The notes under the pieces are model-generated. The model was not told where the DNA came from. It saw only the letters and a program-made list of their open reading frames with translations, and made no database searches. A program made the position numbers and the translations under genes. Below, piece after piece: positions 27,300-35,861 of a stretch of 39,668 nucleotides of DNA. Origin of the DNA: Candidatus Saccharimonadia bacterium (GTDB lineage: Bacteria > Patescibacteriota > Saccharimonadia > Saccharimonadales > SZUA-47). The stretch covers positions 1 through 39,668 of the forward strand of contig CALLJT010000010.1 of assembly GCA_938050265.1 (NCBI GenBank), given 5' to 3'. The stretch's first letter is position 1; each line of letters begins with the position of its first letter.

Positions 27300-28505
27300 C
27301 TACGTAGCTAATCGCTCTATGGCGTTCATGAATGCTGCGTTTTTAAGGCTTGTTTGTGCGGACTGCGCCCGCTCATACATAGCTTGGACTGCCTGTTTTT
27401 GCTGCTGTGCGAGCTTGTCGTTCACCTGCTGCTCTGTCCATTGCTCGTGTGCCATATTCTGCAACCATTCAAAATAACTCACCGTGACCCCACCGGCGTT
27501 CGCGATAATGTCCGGTATCACCTGTACGCCGGCCGCATATAACGCGTCCTCGACATCAGCATCGACTGGGCCGTTCGCCAGCTCCAATATGTACTGTGCC
27601 TGAACGCTCGTGTAGTTTTCTTCGTCGACCACGTCGCCGAGTGCAGCAAGCACTAAAACATCCGCTTTTGCTGCCACCACATCGTCGTTTGTCAGCGCCT
27701 GCCCCTGTCCGTAGTCACGCAGTTTTCCGCCACCTGTTTTATACGCGATAACTTCTGCGACGTCGAAGCCATCTTCGCTGTACACGCCGCCACTCGAATC
27801 CGTCACCCCGACCAATTTCCATTCTGGATGCTGTTCAGCTGCAACCTGTGCGAAAAACTGCCCCGCGTTACCAAATCCCTGTAGTACATACGTCAGTGGC
27901 TGGCCTGCGTTGCCTTCTAGCTGACGCAGTTCCGCCAGTGTTATTGCGCCGCCACGCCCGGTCGCTTCATTACGACCCAAACTACCACCACCGGCTATCG
28001 ATTTACCGGTAAAACTACCCCTCGTCGTGTCGCCAGTCAACTGTGAATATTCATCAACCATCCAGTCCATGATCTGGCTGTTCGTGTTCACGTCCGGTGC
28101 TGGTATGTCTTGCTCAGGACCGATATGATCGACGAGCCCTCGCACAAACTGACGTGATACTTCTTCTAGGTCTGCGTCTGTTAGCTGTTTAGGGTCGACC
28201 TCGACGCCGCCCTTGCCCCCTCCGAGTGGTATAGCTACAGCGGCGGTTTTGAAGCTCATGAGTGTTGCCAGCGCCTGTACTTCGTCACGGTCCACTTCCG
28301 GGTGGAAGCGTATGCCGCCTTTATACGGTCCGCGCTTGTTACTATGCTGCACACGAAACGCGCTATATTTTTTGCCACTCTCAAGTTCGATCGCAAACTC
28401 ATGCACTGCATCAGGTTTCTGCAGTACAGCTAACTGTTCATCGGTCAGTCCAAGCAGTTTTGCCGCTCGTGTAATGTTTTTCTGTGCTGAATCCAACATA
28501 GCCAT
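27300..28505 (-). CDS. gdhA: Glu/Leu/Phe/Val dehydrogenase (glutamate dehydrogenase)
   Basis: RVQH...RGPYKGGIRFHP, GGGKGG, DIPAPDVNT, TGK...GGS.GR.EATG.G, QGFGNAG, E.ANGP and PD..ANAGGVTVSYFEW; GAGGAG RBS. Confidence 0.93.
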   Translation of the reverse strand: MAMLDSAQKNITRAAKLLGLTDEQLAVLQKPDAVHEFAIELESGKKYSAFRVQHSNKRGPYKGGIRFHPEVDRDEVQALATLMSFKTAAVAIPLGGGKGGVEVDPKQLTDADLEEVSRQFVRGLVDHIGPEQDIPAPDVNTNSQIMDWMVDEYSQLTGDTTRGSFTGKSIAGGGSLGRNEATGRGGAITLAELRQLEGNAGQPLTYVLQGFGNAGQFFAQVAAEQHPEWKLVGVTDSSGGVYSEDGFDVAEVIAYKTGGGKLRDYGQGQALTNDDVVAAKADVLVLAALGDVVDEENYTSVQAQYILELANGPVDADVEDALYAAGVQVIPDIIANAGGVTVSYFEWLQNMAHEQWTEQQVNDKLAQQQKQAVQAMYERAQSAQTSLKNAAFMNAIERLAT

Positions 28506-28545
28506 CTATAGATACTCCTCTTTATGTACCCATAGTACAACGAGC

Positions 28546-28923
28546 CTATGCGTTTTTAGGAACTTCGAAATCAATACGCGTTGAGTAGTTCTGCGCGAAC
28601 GTCTGGTCGATGGTTAAGATTTTGCTGCAGCCACTACGGAGGGCTACGGCCAGTTGCAAGGCGTCTTCGAATTCGTTATCGGCAAGCAACTCCAATGCTT
28701 GTACGTAATCATCTGCCGTAACATCGAGGAGCTGGAACTCGCTCAGACTGTCATGGATCTGTTCTGCCGTGTACTTCTCTTTTCTACCAAAGTAGTGCGC
28801 GAGATGAACGCTCAGCATCGAAATGGCGGCCTGCTCTCCTCGCAGTGCTTTGGCCACAGCGTGTTTACGGATACGATCTGGTAACAGCAGCTCCAACACA
28901 ATGTTTGCGTCAGCGAACACCAT
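28546..28923 (-). CDS. Type II toxin, PIN domain
   Basis: VFADANIVLE, IS..S, EFEDALQ.A.A and ILT.D..F. Confidence 0.88.
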   Translation of the reverse strand: MVFADANIVLELLLPDRIRKHAVAKALRGEQAAISMLSVHLAHYFGRKEKYTAEQIHDSLSEFQLLDVTADDYVQALELLADNEFEDALQLAVALRSGCSKILTIDQTFAQNYSTRIDFEVPKNA

Positions 28924-29215
28924 ACTTTTCACCAACGCTTTCTGCGTACAGCTCCTTGATAGATTTGTTGGGATCTAATACGGCCTTGCCTGCTCGACTT
29001 TCGCTCAATACAAGTGCTTTGTCTATGGCACGATGTATAGCTTCTGCTGACCCAGGTTCAGAACTAGAAAGCTTGGGCGTGCTTGAATTAATCGTAACCA
29101 GTGGTTTGGATCGGTGCAACACAGTAACCTGGTGGCCGTCGCCTAAACTCCGCAGAAACGGCACCAGGTTTTTACGAATTTCAGATGTACTGACAATATC
29201 TAAGTTCATGCCCAT
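28910..29215 (-). CDS. Antitoxin, Phd/YefM-like N-terminus
   Basis: IVSTSEIRKNL..FL..L..G..VTV.HRSKP.V.I; overlaps the PIN gene and ends ...EKYG. Confidence 0.8.
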   Translation of the reverse strand: MGMNLDIVSTSEIRKNLVPFLRSLGDGHQVTVLHRSKPLVTINSSTPKLSSSEPGSAEAIHRAIDKALVLSESRAGKAVLDPNKSIKELYAESVGEKYGVR

Positions 29216-29291
29216 ATACTAACATGACATTAACGTAAACTCAAGTTCAAGTGTAGTTAAACTTGTACCTTTTGCTTGCTCCACTACCCGC

Positions 29292-30989
29292 CTACATAGA
29301 CTCAGGGGTATCGATACCAAGTGTCGTGAGTCCGTGGTTGAGTACATTGATGTAACGCGTGAGCAACTCCCAGCGGTGCGGTATACCCGAGCCTGCAACC
29401 CGGTTGTTTTCGTAGAATTGGTTAAACGTCTGAGCCAGTTCATACAAATAGAGACACAGCGTATTAGGCGCGAGGTGCTCAACGGCTTCGCCAAACACAC
29501 CCTCGTACTGAGCAAGCTTGTGCGCCAACCGTCGGTCATATTCGTCGAGGGACAGCGTCGCGATATCAACTTCTCCGTTGTCGTCATTGGTTTTTGACAG
29601 AGCTATTTTGCGAGCACGCACGTATGCATATTGCAGGTACGGTCCGCTGTTGCCTTTTGTACTAACAGACTCGTTGACGTCAAACGCTACATCACTGCCG
29701 ACGGCATATTTCAAAAATTCATATTTGACAGCGCCGAGCATGACTTTGTCTTTTTCATCCGAACCAGACTCTTGTGCCACGACTTTTGTCACGGCGTCGA
29801 GCACGTCTATCGCCCGCGTGACGTTGCCCAAACGTGAACTCATTTTGGATCCATCAGCGAACTTAACGATGCCGTTTGTAAGGTGAGTCATCGTACCTCG
29901 ATACCGAGAATCGATGTCATATAGTGCCGCCCATACGACTTTCATGTACGCTTTCTGGTCTGATCCAGTTATCAGAATACGCCTGTCGAAATCATAGTCT
30001 TCTTTTTCCTGCGTGAGCACGCCAAGATCCTTTGTCTCGTACGTAGGTAGGCCTTCTGACGTCTGAAATACTCGTGTATGCAGACCTTCTTTCTCGCCCC
30101 TGTACACAATTGCGCGCTCAGACTCTTCGAACACACCATCCTCGAGCCCTCCACGTACAAGCGCCATTCCACGCTCAGCCGTCGTACTTTCAGGGTAGTA
30201 CTTCTGAAAATCATCCACGTTAATCCGATCAAAGAAATAATGAAAATACTCAGTAGACCACTCACGAGCAGCAAAGTACACTGCAGAAACGTCAGAATGC
30301 GTGCTTTTGTCGGTATGGAACGCGTATATCTGTTTATTCAGCTCACGGATCTCTGCCTCATCCGAGCCACCCTGCTCAAACGCAGCAGTACCCTTGACGT
30401 AGTGCTGAGTAATGAACCGTGCACGGACCTGAGGGTCGTCGTTTTGCTGCGCTTCTGCATACCCCTCAGGGTCTTTCAGAATTGACCACACTGCCTTGGC
30501 GACATGCATCCCGACATCCCCGCCAAATGTTGTTCGTGTGACGTTCGCACCAGCCACCTCCAGCATACGCGCAAGTGCGTTTCCGAGGATCGTCTGATAC
30601 AGATGCCCTGTGTGCAGCTCTTTGAACCAGTTCGGGCAGGCGTACTCGAGCACTACGTTTTTGGCGTCGTAGTCTGGCTGCGTGAGCGCAAACCCCTGCA
30701 CACTATAGTCCTGGGAGCTACTCCATATAGCCTCGTCATTGAGCCGGATATTCAAAAACCCCGGGCCAGCAACACTCACCTCAGCAAAGTCGTCGAGCTC
30801 CTGTAGCGTGTCCGCCAACTGCTCAGCTATTTCACGCGGATTTTTACCAACTTCCTTTGCAAGCTGCATTGCCACATTGCTCGCCACGTCACCAAACTGT
30901 TCGTCAGGCACCTCAACAGTCGGCGTCACATCAACTCCGAACACTGCTTTGACTGCCGCTTTTAATCTATCTTGTACTTCTGTGATCAT
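29292..30989 (-). CDS. argS: Arginine--tRNA ligase
   Basis: FGD.ASN.A..LAK, AGPGFLN, EY..PN..K.LH.GH (HIGH-like), G..TY..KD, KMSSR.G, GNSGPYLQYAYVR and YL..LA..FN.FY. Confidence 0.96.
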   Translation of the reverse strand: MITEVQDRLKAAVKAVFGVDVTPTVEVPDEQFGDVASNVAMQLAKEVGKNPREIAEQLADTLQELDDFAEVSVAGPGFLNIRLNDEAIWSSSQDYSVQGFALTQPDYDAKNVVLEYACPNWFKELHTGHLYQTILGNALARMLEVAGANVTRTTFGGDVGMHVAKAVWSILKDPEGYAEAQQNDDPQVRARFITQHYVKGTAAFEQGGSDEAEIRELNKQIYAFHTDKSTHSDVSAVYFAAREWSTEYFHYFFDRINVDDFQKYYPESTTAERGMALVRGGLEDGVFEESERAIVYRGEKEGLHTRVFQTSEGLPTYETKDLGVLTQEKEDYDFDRRILITGSDQKAYMKVVWAALYDIDSRYRGTMTHLTNGIVKFADGSKMSSRLGNVTRAIDVLDAVTKVVAQESGSDEKDKVMLGAVKYEFLKYAVGSDVAFDVNESVSTKGNSGPYLQYAYVRARKIALSKTNDDNGEVDIATLSLDEYDRRLAHKLAQYEGVFGEAVEHLAPNTLCLYLYELAQTFNQFYENNRVAGSGIPHRWELLTRYINVLNHGLTTLGIDTPESM

Positions 30990-31065
30990 AGTGTGTACTG
31001 CCCTTCAATCCTTGTAGTCATTCGTCTTTCAAGCTTCATGTTTCACTCCTGGCTCTCAGCATTAT

Positions 31066-31407
31066 TCACAGGTCTAATACTTTCCTGAGGCCATCATCTA
31101 TCTGTCGCTGTGCCTTCTGTGATAGCTGCCCAACGTATTCCTTGAGAAATCGTCTATCAATCGTTATTAACTGTGACACATTCGCGACTGAATCTTTGGG
31201 TAGCCCTTCTTCTTTTTTGTGTAACATTACGTTGCCTGGAGACATAGCCATCTTGAGATTTGAAGTGATGCCTATCGCTAATACTGTTCTTATTTTGGTT
31301 TCGTTAAAATCGTCAGACTGAACGACGAGTATTGGTCGTCTATAGCCAGGTTCTGAGCCAGTTGGTTCTGGTAAATCTACCCACCATATCGCTCCTCTAA
31401 CTACCAT
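31066..31407 (-). CDS. Type II toxin, PemK/MazF family
   Basis: RG.IWWVDL..P.GSEPG.RRP.LVVQ.D.FN...ITSN...GL..DS.ANVSQL.TID. Confidence 0.95.
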   Translation of the reverse strand: MVVRGAIWWVDLPEPTGSEPGYRRPILVVQSDDFNETKIRTVLAIGITSNLKMAMSPGNVMLHKKEEGLPKDSVANVSQLITIDRRFLKEYVGQLSQKAQRQIDDGLRKVLDL

Positions 31408-31643
31408 TCCCCGTGTCCGTTGTTAATGGAATCGTACTGCATTTTGTAGAGCGGTGGATCCAACGAAGAATCTTCTTGCGAATACAGTTCATTCAGTTGT
31501 CTTTTAGTAGCTTCACCCTCGATACGCTCTATATACTCTTCTAGAGCCCGTGCGTAAAACTTACTTCTGGAGCCGCCCATCTTTTTCGCGTGGTGCTCCG
31601 CCTTACTAAAAGTCGAGTCTGGGATAGATACTGCTATTTTCAT
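31401..31643 (-). CDS. Antitoxin (ribbon-helix-helix) of the MazF toxin
   Basis: MKIAVSIPD..F..AE..AK..G.SRS..Y..AL..Y; TATACT 6 nt before ATG 31643. Confidence 0.88.
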   Translation of the reverse strand: MKIAVSIPDSTFSKAEHHAKKMGGSRSKFYARALEEYIERIEGEATKRQLNELYSQEDSSLDPPLYKMQYDSINNGHGEW

Positions 31644-31680
31644 ACCCACAGTATAACAAAAAGTATTACGCTATCCAAAC

Positions 31681-31750
31681 GTCTCACGTCTCACGTCTCA
31701 CGTCTCACGTCTCACGTCTCACGTCTCACGTCTCACGTCTCACGTCTCAC
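31681..31750. repeat. Perfect heptamer tandem repeat (GTCTCAC)10
   Basis: 70 nt of exact repeats between the divergent TA operon and lipid genes; ends in the palindrome CTCACTAGTGAG. Confidence 0.97.
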
Positions 31751-31809
31751 TAGTGAGTATGCCCTACTTATCCCCATTCTGAAACAAAATACTATATACT
31801 CTTAGCTAT

Positions 31810-32535
31810 ATGGGAGACCCAACGAAACTCATTGTACAAGCTGTGCGCCTCTGGATGGCACGCTTTGCTCGGTGGCTCAACGCCGTAACCAACGGCGCCG
31901 TGTTGCCCGTGCATATCACTATACTGTCGCTTCTCGGCCACTTCAGCGTCGTGTGGGCACTCTGGGACTCTCGCCCAGTGCTCGCTGCGGGACTACTGAC
32001 TGGGTTTGGCCTCCTTGATGCACTCGACGGTGCACTCGCGAGAGAACAAGGAACAGCGAGCAAACTTGGCATGCTGTTTGACGCAGTTACCGACCGACTC
32101 AAAGAAACGCTGGTCTACGTCGGCCTGATCGTGTACGCAGGCAATCATGTATCCGAAGTCCGTCCCTGGGTAATCGTCGCGGTTGCTGGTACGTCCTTGC
32201 TTGTCAGTTATGTAAAAGCCAAAAGCGAAATGGCTGTCGCCGACTCTCATGCGGACCGCCAGAAACTCAACCAGATGTTTTCCATCGGCCTCGCACGGTA
32301 TGAAATCCGCACGACAATCGTAGTCGTTGGGCTCCTCATGCCCGTGCTGCTCGCACCGCTCCTGCACTTCACGATCGCTATCAACCTCATGACTGCAGCG
32401 CTGCGGTTTCTCCAAGCGGCAGAGGTCCTACAAAAAGAGAACTCAGAAGAGTCATCCGACTCTCAAAACACAACAAAAACGCTCCCACAACGCACAGCCA
32501 CGTCCAGGAAACAAAAGAAAGACAAGAAAAAATGA
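31810..32535 (+). CDS. CDP-alcohol phosphatidyltransferase
   Basis: Signature DALDGALAR...SKLG..FD...DR; SYVKAK.E and G..RYE.R as in the PI/AIP-synthase-like clade. Confidence 0.92.
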   Translation: MGDPTKLIVQAVRLWMARFARWLNAVTNGAVLPVHITILSLLGHFSVVWALWDSRPVLAAGLLTGFGLLDALDGALAREQGTASKLGMLFDAVTDRLKETLVYVGLIVYAGNHVSEVRPWVIVAVAGTSLLVSYVKAKSEMAVADSHADRQKLNQMFSIGLARYEIRTTIVVVGLLMPVLLAPLLHFTIAINLMTAALRFLQAAEVLQKENSEESSDSQNTTKTLPQRTATSRKQKKDKKK

Positions 32536-33086
32536 GCGACCTTCTCCCTGCACTTTGGTTTTTCTTACCGGGCGCATACGCCAACATGGCACCTATATTT
32601 GCTAACAACATACCACTGCTCAAACCGTACACATACCCGCTCGACCATCACAAATCATACAGAGGCGTCCGGATATTTGGTGATCACAAAACCTACCGCG
32701 GTGTTATCTCAGGCACGATTTTCGGGGCGCTTACTGGGCTGGTGCAATACCTGCTCGCATCGAATTTTGACGCGCTGTCGGACATTGCAAGCCTCACTGA
32801 TTACACGTCTCTCTCCGTCGTCGCACTTGGCGCTGCTATCGGGTTTGGTAGCCTCATGGGAGACGCCGTTAAAAGCTTCTTCAAACGACAAGCCCGTGTC
32901 GCTCCTGGTAAAAACTGGATACCGTTCGACCAGATAGATTTCGTGGTTGGCGGACTGATCGCTAGCCTACCGTTTGTCAGGCTAGAAATATCGACATACC
33001 TTATCATCCTGGCCGCCGCCGGACTATTGCACCCGGCCATCAACGTCCTTGGTTGGATGCTGCACCTCAAAGATAAACCACTCTAG
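32532..33086 (+). CDS. CDP-archaeol synthase (CarS/DUF46)-like protein
   Basis: LP...ANMAP, PLD...G.RIFGDHKT.RG and GD..KSFFKR......G....FDQIDF; ATGA overlap with the upstream gene. Confidence 0.85.
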   Translation: MSDLLPALWFFLPGAYANMAPIFANNIPLLKPYTYPLDHHKSYRGVRIFGDHKTYRGVISGTIFGALTGLVQYLLASNFDALSDIASLTDYTSLSVVALGAAIGFGSLMGDAVKSFFKRQARVAPGKNWIPFDQIDFVVGGLIASLPFVRLEISTYLIILAAAGLLHPAINVLGWMLHLKDKPL

Positions 33087-33100
33087 TACCCCGCGCAGGG

Positions 33101-33775
33101 CTACTGATGTTTATAAATATATACTGGCTGGTCAACATACCTGTCCAGTGTCTGTGCAAGTACATCAACCTGCTGGTGCTGCTCGCCATCACCAGTAACG
33201 AGCGCGTTATACGCAATATACGGCTGCAGTACGTCCATGCCAGTTAAAAACAACGTACCGTGCAGAAGCGGGTACAGATGCTGAATCATGCTCGCTCCAT
33301 GCTCTCCGCCAGGCCCATAGGCGCTCTCTTGATCGTTGGTTGTGGCTACGACCAGCGCCTGCTTGCCACGCAAGAACCCTTGTGCATACCGGTGGGAGCT
33401 ATCAGACACAATCCCTCTCGCGCATACCTTGTCAAACCAACCTTTCATGATAGCTGGTGCGGCACTCCACCATACAGGGAACTCAAATATAACAATGTCT
33501 GCAGCACGCAGTCGCTGTATCTCTTGCTGGATGTCCTCTGCGAACCCTTCAGATCCACCTGCAGCCACACGACTCTGTTCGAGATTATAATCTTGATTCG
33601 GTCCACCCGACGTTTTGAAGTCCCATTTCTCTGCTACTGCGTGAAACCCGCTCGCGTACAGATCAGATATCACGACCGTGTCGCCACGCCTCTCATAGAA
33701 CCCAACGACCTGACTATGCAGACGAGCCCCGAACGAGTGAGTATCTTGATACGCGTATACCACAAGCACATTCAT
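33101..33775 (-). CDS. NAD(P)H-dependent oxidoreductase (Flavodoxin_2/NQO family)
   Basis: MNVLVVYA, SDLY..GF and DI..E..RL..AD..IF.FPVWW..PAIMKGWFDKV. Confidence 0.9.
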   Translation of the reverse strand: MNVLVVYAYQDTHSFGARLHSQVVGFYERRGDTVVISDLYASGFHAVAEKWDFKTSGGPNQDYNLEQSRVAAGGSEGFAEDIQQEIQRLRAADIVIFEFPVWWSAAPAIMKGWFDKVCARGIVSDSSHRYAQGFLRGKQALVVATTNDQESAYGPGGEHGASMIQHLYPLLHGTLFLTGMDVLQPYIAYNALVTGDGEQHQQVDVLAQTLDRYVDQPVYIYKHQ

Positions 33776-33843
33776 GCTTCTAGTATCTCAAACAGCTGCG
33801 GAATATGAAACATGACTTTTCAGCAGCATTGCTAAAACGTAGC

Positions 33844-34284
33844 TCAAGCACCGACGGGCTGAGTGCGTTGGTCAACGACTTTCAGCGTGAGTGAATCAAT
33901 CTTCCAGCGGCCAGCTACTTTACGAAACGTATATTCGTATACACCGTCCATGATATGCACGTACCGCTTGCCTTCTTTCAGGCTATAGTACCGTGCTTCA
34001 ACCTCTGATGTGGCTGCGACCTCTTTTTTGCCTGTTCGCTCGATGTCCATATGGCCGAGCCTGTGGCGAGCACTGTAGTACATGTCACGAAGCATCCTGC
34101 GCCAACCATACAGCACGTTGGCTGGTGATTTTTTGCCGGGAGCTTCTTTATTAAACATACTTTCGTCGATGTACGGCGACTCTGTGAATAGGTGTTCAAG
34201 TTTGTCCCATTGCCCCTGATCACGGTACTCCATGACGAGCTCTATCAGCTCTCTGATGTGTGCATTTACTGCTGCTGAATACAT
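33844..34284 (-). CDS. NTF2/SnoaL-like protein
   Basis: I.EL...Y.D...WD.L..LFT, RH.LG...I and G.YEY.F.K..GRWKI. Confidence 0.75.
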   Translation of the reverse strand: MYSAAVNAHIRELIELVMEYRDQGQWDKLEHLFTESPYIDESMFNKEAPGKKSPANVLYGWRRMLRDMYYSARHRLGHMDIERTGKKEVAATSEVEARYYSLKEGKRYVHIMDGVYEYTFRKVAGRWKIDSLTLKVVDQRTQPVGA

Positions 34285-34478
34285 AGTTTTTTACCTTTCC
34301 CCTTTACGACTAGTGCCGGAACAACTAGTGCATTACCTGTATGATACACCTCGGATTAGAAATTAGCAAACTCGAACCTAGAGTGCCAATTTTACAACAT
34401 TGTCTGTCTGTTTTGCAGGGGCTATTGCCCTCCTTGGGTTTTGTTTTCTGCGACTACTGTGTCACAGTTTACGCTACA

Positions 34479-34955
34479 ATGACAATAACCATCATAACTG
34501 TCGGTGCACAGTCCAAACAGGAGTACGCTGCACTGTGCCAGTCATACCTAAAGCGCCTACCCCGACACATACGTGTGACCTGGCAGCTCATTAAGCACGG
34601 CCCAGGGGACCGTATAAAAAGCGTACGCACCGAATCTGAGAATATACTGAAATCAATCCCCGCACAGGCAACTGTCATACTTCTAGACGAGCGGGGTCGC
34701 ACGCTCACATCACCCGAGCTATCTTCTGCCATGTTCAGTCGTCACGCTGCTGGCACTGCGGCACCTGGAGGGCACGATGTCGTGTTCATCATAGGAGGCG
34801 CCTACGGTGTAGACCGTGCCGTACAGAACCGCGCAGACATCGTCGTATCTCTCGGAAAGCTCGTATATCCACATCACATTGTGCGACTCATACTTTGTGA
34901 GCAAATCTATAGATCCTACACCATACACACCAATCACCCATACCACCATAGCTAG
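34479..34955 (+). CDS. rlmH: 23S rRNA (pseudouridine1915-N3)-methyltransferase
   Basis: I.IITVG, Y.KRL, ILLDERG, FIIGGAYG, SLGKL.YPH...RL.L.EQIYR and HPYH. Confidence 0.95.
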   Translation: MTITIITVGAQSKQEYAALCQSYLKRLPRHIRVTWQLIKHGPGDRIKSVRTESENILKSIPAQATVILLDERGRTLTSPELSSAMFSRHAAGTAAPGGHDVVFIIGGAYGVDRAVQNRADIVVSLGKLVYPHHIVRLILCEQIYRSYTIHTNHPYHHS

Positions 34956-34975
34956 CCCCAGAGTCTGGCTATCCG

Positions 34976-35623
34976 CTACACTTCCGAGAGCAGAGCTTTT
35001 TTGAGCTCGCTCATTTTCGAAAACAACATATCAGGCTCAGCTGGTTCCATTGCCTCGACGCCCCCAAGCCCCCAGGTAACGCCGTACACACGCACGCCAG
35101 CCTTTTTGCTCGACGCAACATCCCTGGGCTCGTCACCGACGTAAATTACGTGATCTTTGCTGAGTTTGTGGCGCTCAATGATTCGTTCAAGCGCTTTTTC
35201 TTTCCCAAAAACAGTTTTCTCAGACACAACGAAATCAAACGCCGGAAAATCGTTCGCCTGCAGAAACTCCTGAACCAGAGCATGCTCGTTTGACGTCAGT
35301 ACACCGATCCCCACACCTGCCTGCTTGAGCGCAACTAACATAGGTATTGCGCCGCGATACGGCTTAACCTCTCCCATGTGAGCTTTCATCTCTTTGCGAA
35401 CCAGCATAATCAGTCGGGGTACGACAAACCAACGGATATTCAGATGCTTCATGGCTTTTTTGTAGCCCATAGTACGCAAATCAGAAAACTGATCAGGTGT
35501 CACTGGGTTCATACCAAGTTGCTCAGCATGATCATTATAAATACGCACTATCAAATCCAGCGTATTAGCCAGCGTTCCATCAAAATCAAATATAACCGTC
35601 AGATCAGTCTTCTTTTTTCCCAT
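34976..35623 (-). CDS. HAD-family phosphatase (Gph-like)
   Basis: IFDFDGTLANT, LTSN, FGK and YVGDE.RD......AGV....VTWG. Confidence 0.9.
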   Translation of the reverse strand: MGKKKTDLTVIFDFDGTLANTLDLIVRIYNDHAEQLGMNPVTPDQFSDLRTMGYKKAMKHLNIRWFVVPRLIMLVRKEMKAHMGEVKPYRGAIPMLVALKQAGVGIGVLTSNEHALVQEFLQANDFPAFDFVVSEKTVFGKEKALERIIERHKLSKDHVIYVGDEPRDVASSKKAGVRVYGVTWGLGGVEAMEPAEPDMLFSKMSELKKALLSEV

Positions 35624-35693
35624 TACCTGTATGATAGCAGTTTTATTGGGCGAATATATAGGTTTTCATGGTCTATTCTCATCGAGCTGTGGC

Positions 35694-35861
35694 TATAGCC
35701 AAAGCAAAACAAAATCAGCTTCTTTTGAATCTTGATCTGAGCGAGCTTGAAAAAGCTGTTTCTCGAATGAAGTATATCTGTAGATATAGCAAGGGAGAGA
35801 ACGGGTTTTTGAGCCGTTCAGGCGAGTTCAAAAGTGTTTGTTTTGTTTTGCTTTGGCTATA
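35694..35861. repeat. 168-nt imperfect palindrome (rod) overlapping the 3' end of tag
   Basis: 21-bp perfect outer arms TATAGCCAAAGCAAAACAAAA/TTTTGTTTTGCTTTGGCTATA with nested stems up to TATATCT-GT-AGATATA. Confidence 0.85.

Noticed and set aside
31681..31750. CRISPR array or coding repeat (ORF 31590-31805, RLTSHVS repeats)
   Set aside because: 7-nt units without spacers and no cas genes. The ORF is just a stop-free reading of the microsatellite.
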